Part shown: in pieces, positions 53,434-64,000 of the stretch
How positions within the stretch are numbered: position 1 is the first letter of the stretch
Layout of the letters: each line of letters begins with the position of its first letter
Origin: Trichosphaerium sp. ATCC 40318
Taxonomy: Eukaryota; Protista; Tubulinea
Assembly: GCA_038496445.1 (NCBI GenBank)
Contig: JALMLS010000194.1
Coordinates: 149,813 to 213,812 of the forward strand
Reading direction: 5' to 3'
Length of the DNA: 64,000 nucleotides
The notes under the pieces: generated by a model
Told to the model about the DNA's origin: nothing
Database searches by the model: none
Seen by the model: only the letters and a program-made list of their open reading frames with translations
Position numbers and translations under genes: made by a program

Positions 53434-55409
53434 ATGGAACATGAAGCTATTATATCTTTTAAAGACAGATTATCGGCAGGATTCTTACATTCAATGGTAA
53501 TTGATGATGCCGGTGTTATATACACTTGGGGCGGTAATGCATACGGCCAGTTAGGGAATACACGTGAAAAGAAAACCTCAATAGCGCGTCCGATCTTATC
53601 TCTTCCAAAAGTAATTATGGTAGCAGCTGGGTATTATCATAGCATGTGTCTATGCGAAAACGGTCATATTTATTTATGGGGACGTAATAAAGACGCTTCA
53701 TTGGGACTTGGTCATAACCGTTTCGAAGTATATTCGCCGGAGATGTTACCTACGCTTGATGACGTTGACGTAGCTTCTATTGCTGCTGGTCGTCTTTGTA
53801 GTTTTGCTATTTCTCATTCAGGTCACGTTTACTCTTGGGGAGACAATACATTCAAGGTATTAGGTCATTCTTTTGGAAACTACGGCGTAGAGACTACGCC
53901 TAAGCGTGTTGTTTCTCTACCACCTATTTCTAAGATTCAAAGCCAACACGGGCAGACTGTAGCCTTATCAAAGAGCCGTCACGTGTTTACATGGGGAAGC
54001 GCTATAGAAGGAACAGAGGATGGAATTATTGCTGTTTCGATAGAAAATGTTATCGATATTGCTCTTGGAAGCGTTTGTATCTCTTCTCCTCATATTCTAT
54101 GCGTTTTAGAAAACGGAAAGGTTGTAGCTTGGGGAAGTAATGACTTTGGTCAACTAGGTATTGGTCATTGTGATCAAACAAAGGGAGTATTTGTCGTATC
54201 GGGATTAAAGAATATAAAATCCGTTTCTGCTGGATTAAATATGTCTTTTGCAGTCGACAATGAAGGTCAGTTGTATAGATGGGGTCATTTCTCAGAGTCT
54301 CTTAATACAAGCAAGGAAAAGAGACCTTCTCCTTCTATTGTCGTTGGCGTCAACTGTCATCACCATTGTATTCGTTACTTACATTCAGTGGCTGTACTCT
54401 TTGATGGTACTCTGAGAACATGGGGATGGAACGAACACGATCAATCGTCACCTCAAAAGCTTAGATTCAATTTACGCGAAAGTCAAAGTATCTCTAAAGT
54501 ACGTTTTGGTTTGAACGCAGAAACATTAGAAGATGCGACTTTGGAGGAGGAAGACGAGGAAGACGAAGAAGAATCTACTTTCGGAGAGGAGCCCACAAAG
54601 AGTATCGAAACTCCGAAGTGGTTAGGGCCTACTTTAGATTATAGTCAGTTTTATGGCGGCCACGGTAACAGTATAGACGACAGTGATGTCGATGATGCTA
54701 TAGGCAGTATTGAGGAATTTGTTGGTGAAGAAGACTCTGATTTTATTGAATTGAGCACGCAGGTAATAAACTAAAGTCTATTTTTCGAATTTACAAGAAA
54801 ATTACTTACATGTTCTTCATAGGATCCCCAAGAGGTCTCAGAGGCTCATGTTCCAAGTGAGAATACCCGTGATCATGAGGAAGGAGATGGAAATGAAAAT
54901 GGAGAACTTAGAGTTCCGGTTGTGGCGAAAGGATCAGGATCATTGGATAGTGTTGTCATAGCTTCACTTGAGTTGGATGCATTTTTTCACAAAAATCCGT
55001 CTCTTATTAAGCCGTCCGAAGGTGTTTCTACGGTACGCATAGTAAATTTACACAAAAAAAATAATCACGTGATCGCATTTTCTCGTTTTGGAAATCACGT
55101 GATTATGACGTTCGGTAAAAAAAAAGTTTTTGATTTTTTTGACCTTTTGTGTTGTAGACGCGAGAAACAAAAGCTGGTAGTTTTGCTTTGTTTCCTAGTA
55201 CCCAACAAGAAAATATTAATATGTCATGGGCTGCTATGTTGATTGAGCAAGGGATTGCGCCAAAAAGAGCTCACGAGCTTGGATCGCTGATGGATGAAGC
55301 TGGTGTAACTATTCAAGATATTGATGCGGAATTAATGGTTGAGCTCGGTCTTACTGGGACTGAACGCCTAAAAGTAGTAAAAGCTAGGCGAAAGTATGCT
55401 AAAGATTAA
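53434..55409 (+). CDS. RCC1-repeat protein with acidic linker and C-terminal SAM-like domain (paralog 1)
   Basis: Exon 1 of about 1.33 kb has RCC1 repeats (YTWGGNAYGQLG, AAGYYHS); two introns join it in frame to WAAMLIEQGI...IQDIDAELMVELGLTGTERLKV. Confidence 0.85.
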
Positions 55410-55536
55410 ACGAAATAGAAGAAAAAATTAGTTACTTGATGATTAGCTTGTATGAGAAATAAAACTTCAAAAAAAAAAGATTTGTTACCAGGAGCAATAT
55501 GGACAATGTATGATAAGTAGAAGCAATGATTAGTAG

Positions 55537-55643
55537 GATTGTTTTCTATGCATAGGAAGAGTCAACAAAGTTGATAGTGACAGGTAAAGTTCTCTATCTG
55601 GTTCTCAAGTTTTTAGATTCTTTCCTATGCATTGAAAACAATC
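55537..55643. repeat. 23-bp inverted repeat pair (small MITE-like element)
   Basis: GATTGTTTTCTATGCATAGGAA ... TTCCTATGCATTGAAAACAATC. Confidence 0.7.
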
Positions 55644-55908
55644 ATGGTACTTACAGCTCCCTATTGAACTACTTAGTCTACCCTGATTATAGATTACTAC
55701 TCGGAAAAGTCTCAATTCCCTTAGGAAAAAAGTCACGTGTCAGTTAGGTAGTATTACGAAAGTCGATTAAAAAAACGTGATTGAACCGCGATATGTGCTT
55801 TGGTATAAATATCAGAGCGTTGTATACATCAACACGCGCGCTCGGCAAAGAACAATCAAGACTGCCGTATTTCTTGCAAAATGCCATACTGTTAAATAAC
55901 TAACATCA

Positions 55909-57375
55909 ATGGCAACAAAACACAAGGTACACTTGCGCTAGAAATCAATATCAAACGCAATTCTTTGACTAACTTCTTACTGATAGATAACGACATCCAA
56001 AGTAAATATTGGTCATCTTTTTGACCTTCCAGTGGAGCTACATCTCGATATTATCGATCTAGATGTAATATTATTTTATAAATGGCCGCTATTATCGAAA
56101 CACACAGCAATGACCACAAGGTTTGATTGCGACTTGAACAAACACGGCAAATGGAAAAAATGGTATGATAATGGCAACCTAAGAACGCAAGAAGCTTATA
56201 TGCATGGTAAACGGGACGGAGAGTATAAGGTGTGGTACCAAAATGGCACAAAGTACAAGCAGTACAATAGTATTGATGATAAAATATCAGGAGAATACAA
56301 GGAATGGCGACGCAATGGTATTTTGAAGAAACAATATCACTATGTCAATGGTAAGCTTGACGGAGAATACAAGGAATGGCATAGAAACGGTTGCTTGAAG
56401 AAACAGTGTAACTATGTCAATGATAAGCTTGACGGAGAATACAAGAGATGGCATAGAAACGGTTTCTTGAAGACACAATGTTATTATGTAAATGGTAAGC
56501 GTGAAGGAGTATACAAGGAATGGAGCCACGACCGTAAACTGGTTGAGGAGTCTACATACGTTAAAGGTTTACTGGAGGGAGAGTACAAAGAGTGGCATTA
56601 CAATGGAATACTGTTCAAGAAATGTAAGTATGTTAATGGTAAAATATCAGGAGAATACAAAGCATGGCATTTCAATAGCCGGATGCAAAAACATTGTCAC
56701 TATATTAATGGTAAGCTTGATGGAGAATACACAAAATGGTTTCGCAACGGTTTTGTGGAGATTCACTGTAAATATGTAAATGGTACGATTGAAGGACAAT
56801 ACATAGAACGGCGAGGTGATGGGGTCTTGTTTAAACAATATCACTATGTCAATGGTAAGCTTGAAGGAGAATACAAGGAATGGCGTAGTAACGGGTTCTT
56901 GAAGACACAATGTTATTATGTTAACGGCAAGCATGAAGGGGTGTACAAAGAATGGAGCCCGGAACGTGAACTGATTGAGGAGTCTACATACGTTAAAGGT
57001 TTGCTGGAGGGAGAGTACAAAGAGTGGCATTACAATGGAATAATGTCTAAGAAATGTAATTATGTAAACGATGAATTGTCAGGAGAATATACAGCATGGC
57101 ATATCAATGGCAAGATGCAAAAACATTGTTACTACATTAATGGTAAAGAAGAAGGCGAATTTAAGGAATGGTATCGGTCAGGAGACTTAAAGAGTCAATG
57201 CACTTATGTAAATGGTGGGTTACATGGAGTATACCTGAATTGGTATGACAACGGACAAGTTAAGGATCAGATGTACTTTGAAAATGGAAAAGCTGAGGGA
57301 GAATATCGCCATTGTAATGAAGAAGGACAAGTGTGTTGTCTGTACTTTTTTGTCAATGGCAAACGTGTACGGTGA
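55909..57375 (+). CDS. F-box-like plus MORN-variant (YwqK-like) repeat protein
   Basis: Short first exon MATKHK, intron 55927-55986, LFDLPVELHLDII F-box-like motif, then about 17 24-aa repeats GEYKEW..NG.L...Y.NGK. Confidence 0.85.
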
Positions 57376-58314
57376 GATTTATTTTTTGTCCATTAACACA
57401 AGTACAAATGTTGGAACAATTTTCCATCCAAAATGCCATTAAAATCACGAATTTTACAGTCAGACTTACTTGGACTCTTTTGCCCTAAAGCTAGTACTCG
57501 GAATCACTTTATACGCACTTGTAAACGCTAGTACAAGTGGTTTCAGCCTTCATAAAAGGCACAAAATCTTCCACCTCTTTACTTGCCTTGGGTTTTTTTC
57601 TGCAAATACTTGATATTATACATTTCGTGTTCCTTTCCATCCATCTTGTCCAGCGTGGCGAAAAATTTTACACACTAACCTCGTTCAAAACAACCTTAAA
57701 CCGATGAATGGGATGCCAAACGTACAGAGAGCATAACATAACGGACTCTTAATATGCAAACTCGAGGAACGAAAATTAGAATAAAAACGGAATTCTGATT
57801 AAACCTTTGAGATACTCTAAGGGAGAGCTTGAAGAACGTAAGGACTAAGTAGTGCACGTGCACTTGGGGAGATTTTTTGAAGCATTAAAATGGGAGGATT
57901 CATGGACCGTAAAAGAACAACTTGTAACAGTGTTTTGAATAGTATGAAGTTCACTTTTAGCTATTCGGTGACCACTATACTTTGAACAATTACTTACCCT
58001 ACATTTACTCACAGTCGCTTTTTAGGGCTTTGACCTTGAACGCTCCAACTAAAGCTGTACATGAAAAGTGGTTGGGATCCTAATAGTTTTATCTTCATGT
58101 AGGTGTTGATGTATTGACATGTGGCTTAAAGGGTTCCTTAACAGGGATAATAAAAGGTCCGTTTGCTTATTTTCACAACTTGAATGAAACAAACAATACT
58201 GAGGTATGCGCACGTGTTTTGAATATTGAAAAAACTGAAATAACTTGGTTAGTTGGAGCAAAGTCGTTATAGTTATAAAACAAATATAAGATCAACAGCC
58301 GATATACGTAATTT

Positions 58315-60182
58315 ATGGCAGAACCACAAACATTGTCGGTTAATTTACAATATGTTAACCGTTTGGCCACTGGTGACCAACATTCAATGGTAATCGCAGA
58401 CGATGGCTTTGTTTACACGTGGGGACAAAACGATGACCGCCAATTGGGCAATACAGACGAAAGACAGAGTTCTATCGCAAGACCAATAAAATCAGTCATA
58501 AATATCGTCTGTATTGCTGCTGGATACAATCATAGCCTTGCAGTTGATTCAAACGGTATTGTGTATGCATGGGGCTGTAATAACAACGGAAAATTGGGTT
58601 TGGGTCACTTTGCGTCACCTGTTTCGTCACCAACACGTGTTCCAAATCTCAACAATATCACGACAGTCTCTGCCTTTTGGGTGAGTATGGCGTTATCACA
58701 TTCAGGCCATATCTACTCTTGGGGAGACAACGACTATCATGGATTAGGTCATTCCTTCGACAAGGAGAAAGTTTCATCACCAGTGGTTATTCCAAATCTT
58801 GAAAATGTTCAAAAAATTCAAACTAATTTGTGTATAAGTGGAGCAATGACATCAACAGGTCATGTCTTTCTTTGGGGAACAACAAAAGATGAAGCAAATG
58901 ATAAAGCGTTATTCTTGAATCCAAAGATAATTTCACGTGTTCCAAACATTGAAGATGCCACTGATATTGCCATTGGTGATAATCATGTGCTTGTTCTCCT
59001 CAAGTCAGGACAAGTATTTTCTTTTGGATACGACTTGTATGGGTGTCTTGGGTTGGGTATTTATTACAAGTATGGCCAAGGTATCATCAAAGGACTGAAT
59101 AACATCGTATCTGTCCATGCTGGTCGTTCGTCATTTGCGATTGATGATGAAGGTTGTTTGTTTGGATGGGGTGATGGGAAATGGATTCATTCGTTCTCAT
59201 CAAACAAACCATTAAAATTACCTGGAAAATATCTTGAGTTTGCCAATAAACATTATCATTACTTGGCAATATCTCATGATTTCAGATTGGTTACAGGTGG
59301 TGATAATGATTACGGAGAATCTTCACCACAAAAATTGACATTCAAAAACCACAAAAAGGTACTCAATCATTTATTGTCAATGTGATATGCAAACTGCTTG
59401 TTTTTAGGTAATCAAAACTCAAATGAACACTTTAGAAGAGATACGCAAAGAGTTGAAACAAGATCCAAAACACAAATACTCGTCAATTGATGGTAACGGA
59501 CAGATTAGAAAAGGATACACCAAGTTTGGAGACGTTCCAGAGCATATTGATATGATTAAAGATGCTCTTGAAGCCTTTGAAATACAACAGAACCAGGAAA
59601 ACATATTAAATAATGTACTACATTTTTTGTAAAATAATATCTCATCTAACAATGATTCATAGGCTAATCAAGATGACATGAATGAAAACTCATTGAATGA
59701 TATGGACCCAATATTACCTAGAAAGTCATGGATCAACAAACCAGATGTATCTTTCATTGACAACAAGGTACTGATGGTGAGATCTTCAGTACTAGTTTTT
59801 TATTTACAATTGTACTTTTAAGGATGCACCAATTGAATATGATTTATCGAGTACTGAATCGTCTCTACAACAACATTTACCTAATGTGAATGTATTGAAA
59901 ACGGTATGAATTATGTATTGCATTTGTTTGACTAACACTTCATTTATCTAGAATCCGATGCCAAGAACACCCGAAAGAAAAGAAAAATCGAGTACTCAAA
60001 TTGAGTGGGTGAGTGTTTTGATATTAGCGGGGTTTGACAAGTCAAGAGCACAACAGTTTGGATTAAAAATGAATCGTGCGTGCTTTGAATTGAATGATGT
60101 CACAGGTGAGGTTATGAAAAGACTTGGATTCACTGTACTTGAGCGTCTTGACTTTATTGAGTACCAAGACAAAGACCTGTAA
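58315..60182 (+). CDS. RCC1-repeat protein with C-terminal SAM-like domain (paralog 2)
   Basis: Exon 1 of about 1.04 kb has RCC1 repeats collinear with paralog 1 (HSMVI.DD, SIARPI, SHSGH.YSWGDN, SSPQKL.F); four introns lead to WVSVLILAGF...LNDVTGEVMKRLGFTVLERL. Confidence 0.85.
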
Positions 60183-61500
60183 TGGTGCACATGTTAGTAT
60201 AATAAATATAGTCTTAGTTAGTATATGCCAGTCCTGTTAAAGCGAAAGCAGCAGTCTGATTGTCTTATCTTGTATCATATGGTATTATTTGATACATTGA
60301 CACTACCTTTATGGCGTAAACACGTGATCCATACAGGTAGGTTTTCAACTCACTGACAATAGTATCATGTGATTGGTATTCAATTGTTAGTGCAAAGAAA
60401 GTGTAAATTAATAACATCAGATACAACGATGGAGGCAGAGAAACATTGAACCCGTTAACTGAAAAAACTGTCACTTTTATGAATATTGTCTGTGTCATTC
60501 AAGCTTTGAGACAGACTTTTAGCAAAAAAAAACAAGTTTCAGCTGATCAGCCAGATCTTACGGATTTGACACTTCTGATAGATCTTGCAAATGTCATTTT
60601 TTAAATACGATCTACACGCCTGTTGAATCCAACAGTTTCAAACCCACGTGATTTTCCAAACCACATCAATTTTTTTATTATTTACGTATTTGACAGCTGG
60701 CGGCGTTTAAAAAGCCTACAGCAAACGCTGGTGGTGTTTTTGGGACGTTTTAATGTTATTACACCTTCCTTGCTGTTTGGATGGTGCCACAGCACTTTCG
60801 TTAGCGTGGGGTAGGCGCTAACATAGCGCTAGTAAGTTATACACGTGCGTTGATTTTGAAGCAAAACATAAAGTAAACAGTGTTTGAGGCATTCATACCA
60901 TGCTTGGCGGTAATGCGATAGCTTTGTAGGACATCATACTTGTTTAATTCGCTTTTAGTCATTGGCACTTCTGTGGTTTGATCGTACAGTGTACAGTTTG
61001 TGTAGGTAAAATACTGCGATCATCTTCCACAGGCTATGAAACTCACTTTCTACAAAATATTTAATTTGTTTTTTCCATATTTTTAACACGGAGTACCTGA
61101 ATGTGCTTTCCACGTGCTTGGATAACGCAACCAAGCGTTAGCTGCTTACTTTAGATTTACAATTCCAATACCGCATATTTCAGAGCTATAAATGGTATAA
61201 CCGTTTCTTTACACGTGATAAAGTATGACGAGAGTATTTTTGGCCGTTAGAAAAAATGCCTTACACATTTTCGAAATTTGTCCACAACATCTAATTTGGT
61301 AAAGTTAAGTCTAAATAAGTTTAGACATTCGGGACATTGAAATCCAAAGAGTATCCATTTATTAATACCTGCAATTGTTTCCTCATTGTACTTTGGTATG
61401 AACACGAAAACCAACTTCACCTCAAATTTTGTATTTAACAGTTCTGTTCAGGTTCTAGACAAACGAAGCGCCTAAATCTACCAAAAAACAGGTGTAAATT

Positions 61501-62600
61501 ATGTCCTTTCTATTGTGGTCTCTTGTTCTTCTCTTTATGTACACGGAGTGTGCTGTAGGTCAATCGTTCGAGATAGCGCAAAATCTAATTAACGCAAGTA
61601 ATACATGCTCGCAGAGGCACGTGATTTTGATTTCTGACCCTTAATATATCCTTAAACAGTATCTTAGGGGCCAAATGCTTCCAGAAATACGTACCGAAAA
61701 CGATTTCGCTAAGTTTCTGTCAATGACGAGTGCGAACGTTACCATATGGCTTAATGCGAGTCGTAACACTTCCACAAATTACCCAGTAAATACTTGCGAT
61801 CCTTGTAGACTTATGCGGATTGACTGTGAACGTTGTCGGGAGGCTCTATCTTCAATCAAATGGCTCAGCGATCAAAAGTCTATTTTAGATACCGACTTGT
61901 TTCTTAAAGGTGCTGGTGGGGATGTACCTATGTTTCTTAACAAGTATTTTAAAAATGAACCCTCATTTGAGACATTAAACACCGCACAAGAGAGATGCCT
62001 ACAGATTCGTTCTAGTGGTTTGTTTGTCTTTTTTTTAACCGTTGCTATGATGTTGATTTTATGCTTAGGTTTAAATGATGTAAGGTGTAAAGGCGGTGCG
62101 TTTATTGGGATTGTTTGCACAAACTTTAGTACAGTGACAATTGATGGCGTTTTTTCAGTTTCAGGAGCAATTAATGTAACTTCTGGTACTTCAAACCGTT
62201 TCATTCACGTGACCCTCCTTATCAATTGTTTAGGTGATGTTGTGTTTACAGAAAACGCGGTGGTTGTAGTTGATTCAAATTCCATGTTGTCAATAGGAGG
62301 ATGTCCTACGTTTGAGAACAATGTGATTATTGATACAACAGCTGTACAAGTATGAATATTCATTTTTGTGTTTCGACTGATTCTGACTGATATGCCAAGC
62401 AACGAGAATCATTGACCTTGATTAATTTCAGTAACAATTGTGAGATTGATCTTAAGAATGTGTCACTCTCAGATCCAGCAAACACGTGCTTTCAAAGTAT
62501 GAAATACAACAATTTTTCATCTTTGTTGAAAACCCCATTTACATCTGTTTTCATGCTTAGTTTTCTTTAGATACACGTGGTAAGTTGCTCATTTTATTTT
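61501..62600 (+). CDS. Uncharacterised secreted/surface Cys-containing protein (3' end uncertain)
   Basis: Signal peptide MSFLLWSLVLLFMYTECAVG, GC-AG intron at 61617, open exons with N-glycosylation sequons and a beta-rich segment. Confidence 0.6.
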
Positions 62601-63351
62601 CTTTGTGTTCTTCGAGCCTGAGTCATTTTCCTACACTACCTGTATACATTGTAATTGCATTGTTGTTTTTCTTGTACAACTGATTGCTTCTGGTTAATAG
62701 CTCCCTGAAAACAATAAACAAAAAGATGTACAACTCTAAAAAATACCTAGTATGTTGAAAAACCTGAGCAATACACCTTAAACTCATCTGCTAAACCACC
62801 AGTTATTGTATGTTTCCATTCTCGCACAGCTATTTAAGATGCAATCACTATTGCGTACTAGTTTAGCAAAAGGTAATTGACCCAAATACCACTACCTCTC
62901 ATGGCTTTAAACGGCCACTCCTGATTAGTATGCATGTGACTTTATTGTCTTAATATCATGTAAAGTAATCCTTTTGTACAAATTGATAGCTTACAGTTGT
63001 GACGTGTACTAACAAAAACTACTAAACTGCTTGACATCCATCTTTGCAACAATGATTTCTTTGTGTTTTGGAGAATACACACTCTTAAAATCGCCATAAT
63101 GATACCTAAATTAAAACAATATCAGCACAGTAACATACAGAATGTAAAACAAAAAAAAAAGTGCTCGAAGGTACCAATAAAAGTTTGCGTTCATGAAAAA
63201 CCCAGGTGCCCACATTTTAAAGTCAGTAACCCATGTCTTCTCTGTATTCTTGGTATCTAAAATCCATCTTGAAATGAAAGAATCAAGCCTTGAGAAGCTA
63301 TTTAAACAAATAAAAGTCAGAATACACAAATTTGTTTGGTTTCACTAATTC

Positions 63352-63960
63352 TTACTCTGGCACGTGATTTCCGTCATTCTTGTTATCGTTGCCCATATTT
63401 GTACCTAATGCTTTACCACTGTACAAATGGATTTCATTGTAAAGTACAAAAGGTTTGAATTCGCCTTTGATATTCGGAGATATACCCATCAACTTGTCTC
63501 TATCATCCAGCTCCCCTACACAAAACATTATTATAAAGTCGTCATTATTATCCTCATACACGGTGCAGTTTCATCGGTTTTCATAGTTATCTCTCCTCTA
63601 GGAAATACAACTTCTGGATAAAGTTTACTTGTTTCTCCTTGCAAGAAAGCATGACAGAATACTGATAGTTTAACAGGAATGGATCCTGATTTGAGAGAAC
63701 ATGAGAAACAATAAAGTATATTGGAATGATTGTGTTAAGTATGTCGTACCTACAGATAGACTTCCTATTTGTACAATATCATCAAGTCCAATCAGGAGGT
63801 TTTTTTCGTTCAAAATAGATAAAACCAAAGCTATGCACATACAAAGTCAAAGAGTAAAGAGCTAAAAAAGGGAAAAAACTTGTTGATACCTACCCAAGTC
63901 GTGTACTTTGTCATTAACAACTCTTTTAGGAACCTTGCTCAAACATCAGTACGTTTTCAG
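63352..63960 (-). pseudogene. Degraded or frameshifted coding remnant in CpG-poor DNA
   Basis: Frames GSIPVKLSVFCHAFLQGETSKLYPEVV and YEDNNDDFIIMFCVGEL adjoin out of phase; no recognisable family. Confidence 0.3.
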
Positions 63961-64000
63961 TGGGCTTAATTGTAGATAATGATGATACTCACATCAATAA

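Noticed and set aside
56032-57375. Toxin-antitoxin system suggested by YwqK-like repeats
   Set aside because: The label reflects generic MORN-variant repeats; no adjacent toxin gene is visible

Overview
Compact, intron-dense nuclear DNA from a unicellular eukaryote. The gene content suggests an amoebozoan-like protist, but that is inference only. Standard genetic code; most introns are about 40-100 nt, so the ORF track fragments nearly every gene and CDS coordinates below span manually spliced models. About 25 protein genes: SEH1, a KEN-box coiled-coil protein, DHODH, a Kelch-PB1-MAP3K, FCP1, CNNM/DUF21, HOP2, GGTase-I beta, a putative SPT23/CudA-like factor, a Tyr/lipid phosphatase, GK5-like glycerol kinase, LIPT2, mito bL33, a metallophosphoesterase, AADAT, a helical-repeat protein, a carotenoid oxygenase, a C2-arrestin, a His-phosphatase, a bacterial-type GPI surface protein, AFG3L2, an NDEL ER protein, two RCC1-SAM paralogs flanking an F-box-MORN gene, and a secreted protein. 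Also tRNA-Asn(GTT) and a CpG-depleted transposon graveyard at about 1.9-7.8 kb. The most notable observations are: (1) a ~137-bp structured element present in introns of two convergent genes, forming an inverted pair with oddly swapped flanks; (2) an intron-poor RCC1-SAM / F-box-MORN / RCC1-SAM island; (3) a CAGTA-ended MITE family with 2-bp TSDs showing CpG decay; (4) frequent GC-AG introns and GAG acceptors; (5) a probable bacterial gene domesticated as a GPI-anchored protein.
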